DNA of 63,336 bases, counting the filler, from Octopus bimaculoides (Eukaryota), in the NCBI RefSeq assembly GCF_001194135.2. It is 5 parts of 5 records of this genome, joined end to end, with 100 filler letters (N's around TTAATTAATTAA, not from the genome) between each part and the next. Parts side by side here need not be neighbours in the genome. Positions count along the whole stretch, not along the records: positions 1 to 12,303 come from NC_068983.1; positions 12,404 to 29,973 come from NC_069002.1; 3 more parts are not named here. One strand, written 5' to 3'. Below, one piece after another: positions 11,245 to 23,472 of this stretch. The translations under genes were made by a program, and so were the position numbers. Position 1 is the first letter of the stretch, and the number at the start of each line of letters is the position of its first letter. The notes beneath the pieces are model-generated. The model did not search any database, was not told the origin of the DNA, and saw only the letters and a list, made by a program, of their open reading frames with translations.

Positions 11245-11850
11245 ATTTATCATCATCATCATCATATGCTGGGATGGGTCGGATGGTTTGATGCTCCTCC
11301 TAACGCCAACCGCTCCGAGAGTGTAATGGGTATTTTTACATGTTACTGGCACAGATGCCAGTTAGATGACACCAGTATCTGCCACAATTACAATTTCACT
11401 TGGCTTGATGGGTCTTCTACACAAGCACAGCATATTGCTGAAGGTCTCAATCATTTGCTATTGCCTCTGTGAGGCCCAACGCTCGAAAGGTGCTTTTCAC
11501 ATATCATGGTACAGGTGCTAGTTATGCAATACCAGAATCGGCCACATTGCCTCCATGGAGCCCAATGCTCAAAAGGTGCTTTTTACATGCCACCAGCACA
11601 GGTGCCAGTTACATGACACCAGCATTGGCCATGACTACAATTTACTTGGCTTGATGGGTCTTCTCAAACACGGCATATCGCCAAAGGTCTCAATCACTAG
11701 TCATTACGTCCATGAAACTCAACATTCAAAGATCATGCTTCACCATCTCATCCCATGTCTTCCTGGGTCTGCCACAGGTTCCCTACACAGTTTGAAATCT
11801 TTACACAGCTTTCCTTGTCCATACGCATCTCATAACCATACCAGTACATG
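11245..11850 (-). mobile_element. RTE-clade LINE 3' end with internally duplicated 3' UTR
   Basis: The reverse complement encodes GRPRKTWDEMVKHDL*...DLWRYAVFEKTHQAK*, a typical RTE ORF terminus. It is followed by repeated modules, the family-C motif and a (GAT)n tail. Confidence 0.75.
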
Positions 11851-11875
11851 ATGATGAGATATATATATATATATA

Positions 11876-12303
11876 TAGGGGGAAATGAATAAATTGTCGC
11901 CATGTTATATTTTTAATTTCCTGCATGCACAGTTTTTTTTTGGTTTTTTTTTTTGTCAACTACACAGTATAGAAGGGTCAGTCAGGCACCGTCTGTGAGA
12001 AAAACAGCACCATGACACAATTCACTCTGTCAGAAATTTGGATACGACATGCTGTACTGCTTGGCATTTGAGCTCCAATACAAACATTTCAGAGTGTTTG
12101 GGAGTCAATTTGAGATGTACTGAGAGTGATAAAAATGAAACATCCAGTCAACATCATGGTGTTTGGTGTGATCACTAGTGATGGCAACATTATGCCTTCA
12201 TTCATTTTCCCACACGGCCTCAGACTCAACAGAGAGGACTACATCAAGTGCCTGGAGGAGGAAGTGCTGCCCTGGATCAAGAGAGTGGCTGCTGGAAGAC
12301 CCT
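11876..12303 (+). mobile_element. maT/DD37D-type Tc1/mariner deletion derivative, cut by a gap
   Basis: Left TIR-like tagggggaaatgaataaattgtcgcc; encodes MKHPVNIMVFGVITSDGNIMPSFIFPHGLRLN...VLPWIKRVAAGRP. Homologous to 41757-42616. Confidence 0.8.
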
Positions 12304-12403
12304 NNNNNNNNNNNNNNNNNNNNNNNNNNNNNNNNNNNNNNNNNNNNTTAATTAATTAANNNNNNNNNNNNNNNNNNNNNNNNNNNNNNNNNNNNNNNNN
12401 NNN
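12304..12403. other. Artificial scaffold-join spacer (N44-TTAATTAATTAA-N44)
   Basis: The same 100-bp construct recurs at 29974-30073, 40193-40292 and 43916-44015. The 12-mer has stops in all six frames. Confidence 0.9.
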
Positions 12404-12434
<31 letters not shown>

Positions 12435-12437
<3 letters not shown>

Positions 12438-12580
12438 TCTATCTACCGAATTCACTCACAAAGTATTGGTTTCGGTTGACCTGAGGCTATAATAGAAGAC
12501 TTTTTTCTAAAGGTGCAGCGCAGTGGCACTGAACCCGAAGCCATGTAGTTGCAAAGTGAGCTTTCTAACCACACGGCAAT
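12435..12580 (-). mobile_element. SINE family A, 5' half
   Basis: tctaccgaattcactcacaaag...gaggctataatagaagac...gcagtggcactgaacccg...aaccacacggca. Confidence 0.75.
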
Positions 12581-13130
12581 ATCTGCAGCAATATCCATGG
12601 CTACAGGTATATATAAAAAAAAAACATTTACTTCAATGAAATAACATAAAAGCAAAAGCAGATACAAGTTATGAAATGAGAAGTGGGCAAACAAATTAGA
12701 TTATGTGAGCGAAACACATTAAATGTTGTAATAAGTTACATAGAAAGCCCAGGTATTGTGGATACGCTCTAAATAAATAGAAGCCATAGCTAAATAACAA
12801 GTTCAACGAGCAAATATTAAATATATGAATGCCTTTTGTTATGGTATATTTTATGATGCTTGTTAAATAGTTTGCTCAGTGAAGCGTTAGATATTGCTAT
12901 ATAGATACAAGCGTTCAAGGCGTTGAATATTTCTCTTTCAGTAAGTATAAACACATACAGAGACGGTGTTGACGCTTCTTCTTGACTGAGAGTCACGCTA
13001 ACACGAACACGTATAGCTGGTGGTCTCATTAGTTAGCTAGTATTTTTTAACAGCTTTCACACACAGAAAGCTGAACAACCTCCACGAAAGCTCACTGTTT
13101 TCAAGATAAAAAAAAACTATTACTGTAAGC

Positions 13131-13333
13131 CAATAGTTTTCAACCAGGAGCCATATATAACCCTTGATGGTCCATATAAGATTTTGCTGTTAAAATTTAT
13201 CGGCAATAAATTGGTTATACTTCTACAATACACAAGTCTTTTATACAATTCCTGATAATTATTTCATTATAAAAATTTAATTAAACATCGATTGTCTATG
13301 AGGGTCCATTCGGGGAATATAGGAATCAATGAG
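13131..13333 (-). mobile_element. hAT MITE, same family as 1667-2318
   Basis: Begins caatagttttcaaccagg (TIR); shares ggttatacttctaca and gagggtcca...aggaatcaa with the copies at 1.7 and 3.2 kb. Confidence 0.6.
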
Positions 13334-13373
13334 TAATACTGCCTTTAACCGAAGACAGATCATTTCCTTTTGG

Positions 13374-13419
<46 letters not shown>

Positions 13420-14187
13420 NNNNNNNNNNNNNNNNNNNNNNNNNNNNNNNNNNNNNNNNNNNNNNNNNNNNNNNNNNNNNNNNNNNNNNNNNNNNNNNNN
13501 NNNNNNNNNNNNNNNNNNNNNNNNNNNNNNNNNNNNNNNNNNNNNNNNNNNNNNNNNNNNNNNNNNNNNNNNNNNNNNNNNNNNNNNNNNNNNNNNNNNN
13601 NNNNNNNNNNNNNNNNNNNNNNNNNNNNNNNNNNNNNNNNNNNNNNNNNNNNNNNNNNNNNNNNNNNNNNNNNNNNNNNNNNNNNNNNNNNNNNNNNNNN
13701 NNNNNNNNNNNNNNNNNNNNNNNNNNNNNNNNNNNNNNNNNNNNNNNNNNNNNNNNNNNNNNNNNNNNNNNNNNNNNNNNNNNNNNNNNNNNNNNNNNNN
13801 NNNNNNNNNNNNNNNNNNNNNNNNNNNNNNNNNNNNNNNNNNNNNNNNNNNNNNNNNNNNNNNNNNNNNNNNNNNNNNNNNNNNNNNNNNNNNNNNNNNN
13901 NNNNNNNNNNNNNNNNNNNNNNNNNNNNNNNNNNNNNNNNNNNNNNNNNNNNNNNNNNNNNNNNNNNNNNNNNNNNNNNNNNNNNNNNNNNNNNNNNNNN
14001 NNNNNNNNNNNNNNNNNNNNNNNNNNNNNNNNNNNNNNNNNNNNNNNNNNNNNNNNNNNNNNNNNNNNNNNNNNNNNNNNNNNNNNNNNNNNNNNNNNNN
14101 NNNNNNNNNNNNNNNNNNNNNNNNNNNNNNNNNNNNNNNNNNNNNNNNNNNNNNNNNNNNNNNNNNNNNNNNNNNNNNNNNNNNNNN

Positions 14188-14227
<40 letters not shown>

Positions 14228-14494
14228 ACATACACACACAAACACACACACACACACACACACACGCACAAATACGCTCAAACACGCGCACAAATACACA
14301 CACATACACACACATATGCACACTCACACACAAACGTGCACACACATACACGCACACTCACGCACACACATCAACACCGACATACACACATTTGCACAGG
14401 CGTCTCTCTCTCTTTTTGTTTCTATGTGTGTGTGTGTGTGTATATACATATAAGTGCATACATTTATGCACACAAATATAAATACATATATATG

Positions 14495-14553
<59 letters not shown>

Positions 14554-16037
14554 AATATAAGCACACATATATACACGTGTGTGCATGTATTTAGAGTGCT
14601 TATATATAAGTATAATATAGATATACAAATACATAAATATACATACATACGCGCATATACATACATACACGTATATTCTTGAATACATATATACACTTAT
14701 ATACATACATAAAAGGAGAGAGAGAGAAAAGAGGGAGAGAGAGAGAAAGGAGGGAGAGAGAGAGATAGAAAGAGAGCGATGTGGAACGAGACAATGGGCA
14801 TTTGTAGTTCCATTTGATTTCTATCAAAGTTAAAAGTTTACAATTTAGGATTCCATCATCGTGTTTCAAATATTTTAGTCATGTAGACAGATGTTCACGT
14901 ATTAAGTTAACAGTAGTTGTCGTTATATCAGATGTCTCACAAACAGTAATTAGATGGCGGGATTGTTAATTGGAGAAAGAATTTTGTTTATTATATTTGT
15001 ATGCGTATGTGAGTATGTATGTGTGTACGTTTGTGTATATGCTTGTGTGTGTAAGTGTGTGTTTGGGTATACAGGAACATATATATTTATATATATATAT
15101 ATNNNNNNNNNNNNNNNNNNNNNNNNNNNNNNNNNNNNNNNNNNNNNNNNNNNNNNNNNNNNNNNNNNNNNNNNNNNNNNNNNNNNNNNNNNNNNNNNNN
15201 NNNNNNNNNNNNNNNNNNNNNNNNNNNNNNNNNNNNNNNNNNNNNNNNNNNNNNNNNNNNNNNNNNNNNNNNNNNNNNNNNNNNNNNNNNNNNNNNNNNN
15301 NNNNNNNNNNNNNNNNNNNNNNNNNNNNNNNNNNNNNNNNNNNNNNNNNNNNNNNNNNNNNNNNNNNNNNNNNNNNNNNNNNNNNNNNNNNNNNNNNNNN
15401 NNNNNNNNNNNNNNNNNNNNNNNNNNNNNNNNNNNNNNNNNNNNNNNNNNNNNNNNNNNNNNNNNNNNNNNNNNNNNNNNNNNNNNNNNNNNNNNNNNNN
15501 NNNNNNNNNNNNNNNNNNNNNNNNNNNNNNNNNNNNNNNNNNNNNNNNNNNNNNNNNNNNNNNNNNNNNNNNNNNNNNNNNNNNNNNNNNNNNNNNNNNN
15601 NNNNNNNNNNNNNNNNNNNNNNNNNNNNNNNNNNNNNNNNNNNNNNNNNNNNNNNNNNNNNNNNNNNNNNNNNNNNNNNNNNNNNNNNNNNNNNNNNNNN
15701 NNNNNNNNNNNNNNNNNNNNNNNNNNNNNNNNNNNNNNNNNNNNNNNNNNNNNNNNNNNNNNNNNNNNNNNNNNNNNNNNNNNNNNNNNNNNNNNNNNNN
15801 NNNNNNNNNNNNNNNNNNNNNNNNNNNNNNNNNNNNNNNNNNNNNNNNNNNNNNNNNNNNNNNNNNNNNNNNNNNNNNNNNNNNNNNNNNNNNNNNNNNN
15901 NNNNNNNNNNNNNNNNNNNNNNNNNNNNNNNNNNNNNNNNNNNNNNNNNNNNNNNNNNNNNNNNNNNNNNNNNNNNNNNNNNNNNNNNNNNNNNNNNNNN
16001 NNNNNNNNNNNNNNNNNNNNNNNNNNNNNNNNNNNNN

Positions 16038-16712
16038 TAAACCTGTTTTGGACCGAATGGTGAGTAGTTACGAGAAATGGGTTCTCTATAAAAATGTCAA
16101 GCGCCGAAGACACTGAGTAGGGAAAGGAGAAATACTGGCACCCCAGGCTAAAGAAGGTCTTCATCCATGGAAGGTGTTGTTAGTTGGTGGGGTATGAAAG
16201 GTTTAGTCCACTTTGAACTTTTAAACCCAGACCAAATAATAACAAAGGAGATTTACTGCGAGCACCTTGAGCGACTTAAGTCAGCGCTAGAAGAAAAACG
16301 GCCATCTTTGGATTCAAGACGAAAGGTGTTCTTCCATCAGGATAATTTCAGCCTCATACAGCGAGGATGACATTCCAAAGGCTGGAGTAGTTTGAATGGG
16401 AAACGATGTCCCACTCACCATATTCGCTGGACATTGCTCCATCTGATTATCATTTATTCCGCAGTCTTTGAAATTATTTGGATGGGAAAAATATGAATTC
16501 CGTAGACGAGGTCAAAACAGTACTGGAGGAGTATTTTTCGTCACAGACAAGTGAATTTTGAAAGAGGGGGCCTTGCATGTCTACCAGCTAGATGGAAGAG
16601 AATTGTAGAAAATGAAGCGGGGTATATTTAAGATTAAAAAAGAACTTTATCTTAATTTTGAAAAATAAAAGAAGTATTAAAAAAACCGCATTATTCATGG
16701 GATGATCCAATA
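16038..16712 (+). mobile_element. mariner transposon 3' half (decayed DD34D transposase)
   Basis: YEKWVLYKNVKRR, WWGMKGLVHFELL, FFHQDN, SPYSLDIAPSDYHLFRSL. Right TIR ccgcattattcatgggatgatccaata then TA. The 5' half lies in a gap. Confidence 0.88.
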
Positions 16713-16790
16713 TATACATGTATGTATGTATGTATATGTGAGTGTGTATATAAGTGTATGCATGCGTATGTGCAAGTGCTTGTGTGTGTT

Positions 16791-16855
<65 letters not shown>

Positions 16856-17231
16856 NNNNNNNNNNNNNNNNNNNNNNNNNNNNNNNNNNNNNNNNNNNNN
16901 NNNNNNNNNNNNNNNNNNNNNNNNNNNNNNNNNNNNNNNNNNNNNNNNNNNNNNNNNNNNNNNNNNNNNNNNNNNNNNNNNNNNNNNNNNNNNNNNNNNN
17001 NNNNNNNNNNNNNNNNNNNNNNNNNNNNNNNNNNNNNNNNNNNNNNNNNNNNNNNNNNNNNNNNNNNNNNNNNNNNNNNNNNNNNNNNNNNNNNNNNNNN
17101 NNNNNNNNNNNNNNNNNNNNNNNNNNNNNNNNNNNNNNNNNNNNNNNNNNNNNNNNNNNNNNNNNNNNNNNNNNNNNNNNNNNNNNNNNNNNNNNNNNNN
17201 NNNNNNNNNNNNNNNNNNNNNNNNNNNNNNN

Positions 17232-17291
<60 letters not shown>

Positions 17292-17422
17292 TACACACTC
17301 ACGCACATACATATATATATATATACGCACGCACGCACACATATACATGCATATGCACACACAAACTCTTGTACATACACCTTTATAAGCACACATACAC
17401 ACAAAGACTTCTACAAACCCTG

Positions 17423-17461
<39 letters not shown>

Positions 17462-17545
17462 CATTTATGTACAAACGCTTCCACAGACACCTCCATACAC
17501 ACACATATACACATACATATGTATGAATGTATGTGCGTGTGTGTA

Positions 17546-17935
17546 CGAGAGAGAGAGATAGAGAGAAAGAGAGAGAAAAGGAGAGACAGAAACACAGAGA
17601 GAGAGAGAGAAACAGAGAGAGAGAGAAACAGAGAGAGAGAGAGAAACAGAGGGAGAGAGAAACACAGAGAGAAAAGCACAGAGAGAGAGAGAGAGAGAGA
17701 AAAACAGAGAGAGAAAAACAGAGAGAGAGACACACAGAGAAAGATAGAAACATAGAGAGAGAGAGAAACACAGAGAAAGAGAGAAACACAGAGAAAGATA
17801 GAAACATAGAGAGAGAGAGAAACACAGNNNNNNNNNNTAGAGAGAGAGAGAAACACAGAGAAAGAGAGAAACACAGAGAAAGATAGAAACATAGAGAGAG
17901 AGAGAAACACAGAGAAAGAGAGAAACACAGAGAGC
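17546..17935. repeat. AG-rich degenerate microsatellite/minisatellite
   Basis: Repeated gagagagaaacacagagaaagatagaaacata units. Confidence 0.85.
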
Positions 17936-18589
17936 GTGTGTGTATGTGTGTGCGAATGTGTATGTGTGTGCGAATGTGTATGCGTGTGCGTGTGTCATCA
18001 TGTTGGTGGATATGTGTGTGTGTGAGTGTGTCTGCGAGTTAGCGAATGCGTGTGTAAGAAACAGTGTGTCAATGTATATGTATCTTAGTAGATGTGTATG
18101 TATGTATGTATGTATGTATGTGCGCGTATGTGCACGTATGTACACGTGTGTGTATACGTGTGTGTGTGTGTGTACTTGTGTGTATGCGTGTATATGTATT
18201 TGTACTTGTGTGCGTTCCCTCATGCGGCCCTGGAGACACCATCATCATCATCATCATCAACATCATCTTATCACCCAGGATACAGATTGACCAATCGGTG
18301 ACGGATGTGCGACACCACGTGGTAATACAAATATGTATGTTGCTAACGTTTGCCTGCATGCAATGCTTACATCTCTCCGGCGCCAAAGCTGGCTGACCCA
18401 ACGCATGTGATGAACCAGAATATAACCTAGAGCATAATCTCCCAAACTTTTTCAGGCTGCCACCCCCTTGGCACCCGGGCCACATTTCTAGCGCCCCTCA
18501 TCCTCACCACCGCAAACATAGACCACTTTCTGCAGCAAGTTCAAACAACTGCATTTCACAAATAAAACTTAAACCTAATTAACCTATAC

Positions 18590-18786
18590 TCTTTTACTTG
18601 TTTCAGTCATTTGACTGCGGCCATGCTAGAGCACCGCCTTTAGTCGAGCAAGTCGACCCCGGCACTTATTCTTTGTAAGCCTAGTACTTACTCTATCGGT
18701 CTCTTTTGCCGAACCGCTATGGTACGGGGACGTAAAGACACCACAATTAGTTGTCAAGCGATGTTGGGGGGGACAAACACACACAC
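18590..18786 (-). mobile_element. SINE family A, 3' half running into a gap at its internal microsatellite
   Basis: tttcagtcatttgactgcggccatgctagagcaccgcc...gttggggggacaaacacacac. Confidence 0.88.
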
Positions 18787-19617
18787 NNNNNNNNNNNNNN
18801 NNNNNNNNNNNNNNNNNNNNNNNNNNNNNNNNNNNNNNNNNNNNNNNNNNNNNNNNNNNNNNNNNNNNNNNNNNNNNNNNNNNNNNNNNNNNNNNNNNNN
18901 NNNNNNNNNNNNNNNNNNNNNNNNNNNNNNNNNNNNNNNNNNNNNNNNNNNNNNNNNNNNNNNNNNNNNNNNNNNNNNNNNNNNNNNNNNNNNNNNNNNN
19001 NNNNNNNNNNNNNNNNNNNNNNNNNNNNNNNNNNNNNNNNNNNNNNNNNNNNNNNNNNNNNNNNNNNNNNNNNNNNNNNNNNNNNNNNNNNNNNNNNNNN
19101 NNNNNNNNNNNNNNNNNNNNNNNNNNNNNNNNNNNNNNNNNNNNNNNNNNNNNNNNNNNNNNNNNNNNNNNNNNNNNNNNNNNNNNNNNNNNNNNNNNNN
19201 NNNNNNNNNNNNNNNNNNNNNNNNNNNNNNNNNNNNNNNNNNNNNNNNNNNNNNNNNNNNNNNNNNNNNNNNNNNNNNNNNNNNNNNNNNNNNNNNNNNN
19301 NNNNNNNNNNNNNNNNNNNNNNNNNNNNNNNNNNNNNNNNNNNNNNNNNNNNNNNNNNNNNNNNNNNNNNNNNNNNNNNNNNNNNNNNNNNNNNNNNNNN
19401 NNNNNNNNNNNNNNNNNNNNNNNNNNNNNNNNNNNNNCTCTCTCTCTCTCTCTCTCTCTCTTTGTCCGTTTGCCTATCCGTGCGTCAGTCTGTCTGTCTG
19501 TATGTCTCTCTCTCCCCCACCCGACCACCACTACTTCTCTCTGACTCTTATCTTCTAAATTGTCGCGTGTCTCTACCCCTCTCTATATCTCTCTCTCTCT
19601 TTCTCTCTCCCTCTCTT

Positions 19618-19670
<53 letters not shown>

Positions 19671-19736
19671 CCACCCGCCCTACCATACTCTCTCGCTGAC
19701 TCAAAAACATAAATTTTCTTTCCTATCCATATAAGT

Positions 19737-19884
19737 GTGCGTATATACGTACGTCTGTGCGTATATACATACGTCTGTGCGTATATACGTACGTCTGTGC
19801 GTATATACGTACGTCTGTGCGTATATACATACGTCTCTGCGTATATACGTACGTCCGTGCGTATATACGTACGTCTGTGCGTAT
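19737..19884. repeat. 20-bp minisatellite (GTGCGTATATACGTACGTCT) x about 7
   Basis: Directly visible tandem units with occasional G>A or T>C variants. Confidence 0.92.
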
Positions 19885-20089
19885 CAGACATTCCTTTCAA
19901 ATGCGCGTGTATACTGTCAGATAAATTCGTTCGTTTCTCAATCAATTTCGATTTATTTATTTAATCTATTTTGTAATTCCGTTTAATGTTCTTTGAATTA
20001 ACACGAAAAGGAAACATTTTTTCGTAGAGTTTTCTATAGTTTTATTCTTCTTTTTCTGTAGCTCTATTCTAAAAAGATATCTCTTTTAC

Positions 20090-20380
20090 TCTTTTATTTG
20101 TTTCAATCATTTGACTGCGGCCATGCTGGAGCACCGCCTTTAGTCGAGCAAATCGACCCCGGGACTTATTCTTTGTAAGCCTAGTACTTATTCTATCGGT
20201 CTCTTTTGCCGAACCGNNNNNNNNNNATATATATATATATATACATATATACGACGGGCTTCTTTCAGTTTCCGTCTACCAAATCCACTCACAAGGCTTT
20301 GGTCGGCCCGAGGCTATATTAGAAGACACTTGCCCAAGGTGCCACGCAGTGGGACTGAACCCGGAACCATGTGGTTGGTA
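20090..20380 (-). mobile_element. SINE family A (young copy) with a rearranged 5' end
   Basis: Very close to the family consensus; the last bases of the head appear inverted at 20381-20459. Confidence 0.88.
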
Positions 20381-21624
20381 TCTGTTATTCAGTTTTGAAA
20401 TTTGAATAAAATTTTATGCTTTTGAGACACACGCGCAGGAATGGCTGTGTGGTAAGTAGTTGGTAAGATGCCACGCATTGGGACTGAACCCGGAACCATG
20501 TATGTATGTATGTATAACTGTTTATCACGTCTTTGTGCGTGTCAGCTGTTATTTAAAGATTTTGCTGTTGTCTTCTTTTGCTCACCTCCCACCCAATGTC
20601 TGTTCGTCGCCAGCAGAAAGCAGAAAGGTTCGTGAGAAGGAATTGGTGCTGTTCGCCTCTTTCTTGTAACATTAACCTGAAGTCGGTCAACCTTCCGCTA
20701 TCTTTTACAGCTCCGCCTTCTCCTTCCTTCATTCCTTCTTTCTGTCCCTTTTTTTTCTTTCTTTCTTTCTCTCTTTTTTTCCGAATCCCAAATGTTGATC
20801 ATGTGACCTGAGACTCTGGAAGACAAAGACGGAGTCCGCCTCATGTTGATGAAGTGTTTTAGAAGATTATGTTGTGACAACCTTTATATATTGTGGGAGC
20901 TGAAATGGTGGCGGCGGCGGCGGCGGTGGTGNNNNNNNNNNNNNNNNNNNNNNNNNNNNNNNNNNNNNNNNNNNNNNNNNNNNNNNNNNNNNNNNNNNNN
21001 NNNNNNNNNNNNNNNNNNNNNNNNNNNNNNNNNNNNNNNNNNNNNNNNNNNNNNNNNNNNNNNNNNNNNNNNNNNNNNNNNNNNNNNNNNNNNNNNNNNN
21101 NNNNNNNNNNNNNNNNNNNNNNNNNNNNNNNNNNNNNNNNNNNNNNNNNNNNNNNNNNNNNNNNNNNNNNNNNNNNNNNNNNNNNNNNNNNNNNNNNNNN
21201 NNNNNNNNNNNNNNNNNNNNNNNNNNNNNNNNNNNNNNNNNNNNNNNNNNNNNNNNNNNNNNNNNNNNNNNNNNNNNNNNNNNNNNNNNNNNNNNNNNNN
21301 NNNNNNNNNNNNNNNNNNNNNNNNNNNNNNNNNNNNNNNNNNNNNNNNNNNNNNNNNNNNNNNNNNNNNNNNNNNNNNNNNNNNNNNNNNNNNNNNNNNN
21401 NNNNNNNNNNNNNNNNNNNNNNNNNNNNNNNNNNNNNNNNNNNNNNNNNNNNNNNNNNNNNNNNNNNNNNNNNNNNNNNNNNNNNNNNNNNNNNNNNNNN
21501 NNNNNNNNNNNNNNNNNNNNNNNNNNNNNNNNNNNNNNNNNNNNNNNNNNNATGGAGAGTAATGCTGCAAGTGTAGCTGCTGTGCGCCACCCCACACAAC
21601 CCTGACAGTGTCCCAGATCATTTT

Positions 21625-21830
21625 ATGCTTAATTGTTTCAGTCATTCGAATGCGGCCGTGCTGGGGCACCACTTTGAAAACTTCAGAAGAAATCGACCCC
21701 AGTAATTTTTTAAAGCATAGTATCTAATCTAACCGCTAAGTTACAGGGACATAAATAAACCAACAACGGTTGTCAAGCGGTGGTGTGCGATAAACGCAGA
21801 CACACACATATAGATATACATATATATATA
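21625..21830 (-). mobile_element. SINE family A, 3' half
   Basis: gtttcagtcattcgaatgcggccgtgctggggcaccac...ggttgtcaagcggtgg. Confidence 0.75.
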
Positions 21831-21834
21831 TGGA

Positions 21835-22930
21835 AAACTTCTACACTGGATTAAGTATTTCCTGGAGAATAGAACACAAGAAGTTGTGGTCGATGGAGTC
21901 CACTCAAGCCCAGCAAAAGTCACCAGTGGTGTCCCCCAGGGAACTGTCTTGGACCCGCTCCTCTTTATAATTTACGTAAATGACTTTTCCAGCGTCGTAA
22001 ATCACTGCAAAGTGAAAATATTTGCTGATGACACTAAGCTCCAGCAAATCATCAATGAAGAAGAAGACCGAACCCAACTCCAGTCTGATCTACATGCTGT
22101 GAGTCAATGGGCAGACACAAACGAAATGCAACTGAACGAGGGAAAATTTGAGCTGATGCATTTTGGAAGGAAGTCTATACTAAAACAGCCATACTCTCTT
22201 CCTTCAGGGGAACCGCTCACGGCATCCAATAATATCAGAGATCTGGGTGTGATTGTTGATAACAATCTCAATTGGAGTGCCCAAATCAACAATAAGGTCA
22301 AAATATAGCTCGGAGGATGAGCTCCTGGATCTTACGAACCTTCCGGTCCAGAGAACAAGGTGTCATCATTCCACTTTTCTCCTCCTTTGGACGGCCACAC
22401 CTCGAATACTGCTGCCCCTTGTGGTCTCCCCATACAAAGCAAAACATCTCGAGGATTGAATCACCCCAGAGAGCACTCACCAAACGAATTGAAGGCATGA
22501 CTGATCTTGATTACTGGGACCGCCTCAAAGCCTTGAAACTCTACTCTCTCCAGCGCCGCCGCGAGCGGTACATCATCTGTACGATGTGGAAAATATACCA
22601 CCAGCATTGCCCAAAGGACCTGAACATTAGTTTCAAGGTTCATCTAAGGCTGGGAGCACGGGCCATACGTCCCCTGCCCAATTCAGGATCACAACATGTA
22701 GGTACACTGCGGCATAATTTCGTTTCCTCAACAGGCCCTGCCCTGTTTAACAGATAAAAGAAGAAAAGGATCCTACCACCTTTAAACGGAGTCTAGACAC
22801 ATTTCTTCAAGGGATACCAGATAAGCCACCCATACCTGGATACAACTCACTCAACAAGAACTCACTACTTGAATGGACCATAGACAAGACAGGAATAGGA
22901 TATATATGGTGATGAATAGCTTGATTATCA
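21835..22930 (+). mobile_element. CR1-clade LINE, 5'-truncated reverse transcriptase fragment
   Basis: SGVPQGTVLDPLLFIIYVND, KIFADDTKL, RDLGVIVD, RPHLEYCCPLWSP, LYSLQRRRER. One frameshift near 22305 and a stop at 22755-22757. Followed by (GATA)n. Confidence 0.92.
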
Positions 22931-22932
22931 TG

Positions 22933-22933
<1 letters not shown>

Positions 22934-23001
<68 letters not shown>

Positions 23002-23002
23002 C
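22934..23002. repeat. (GATA)n microsatellite at the LINE 3' end
   Basis: Perfect tetranucleotide run. Confidence 0.95.
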
Positions 23003-23095
23003 GTGAACAGACTATCTGTCACGATCTCTTTCGTTCTCGCTTTCCCTCTCTCTTACTCGCTCGCTTGTTCACTGATCATCTCACTCACACACACA

Positions 23096-23129
<34 letters not shown>

Positions 23130-23422
23130 GTCTAACATTCCGTGATTTAAAGTCGTTGTTTGAAAGCTCGCTAACCATCACCGCCTCCACCCTTATCATT
23201 AGCAATACCCGTACACCGTCAACACCACCGCCATCAGTAGCACCACCCTCACTACAACCTGTACTGACACCAGTACTATTCCTAACATTACTACAAGTAG
23301 CCCACCACCCCACCACCACCACCACAACATCCACAACAACAACAACAACAACCATTATCAACGTTTGTACGAAGCTTCTTTAGTTCAGTGGTTCTTTTTC
23401 TCATCACAATCTGTCTGCCTGT

Positions 23423-23472
<50 letters not shown>

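Noticed and set aside
12348-12359. TTAATTAATTAA 12-mer recurring four times (also 30018, 40237, 43960)
   Set aside because: It is always centred in a 100-bp N block and has stops in six frames, so it is an assembly spacer. It also means adjacency across these points is unproven.
12817-13029. 70-aa minus-strand ORF MRPPAIRVRVSV... upstream of the HMGCL exons
   Set aside because: No HMGCL similarity, no donor site, and it lies beyond an artificial join.
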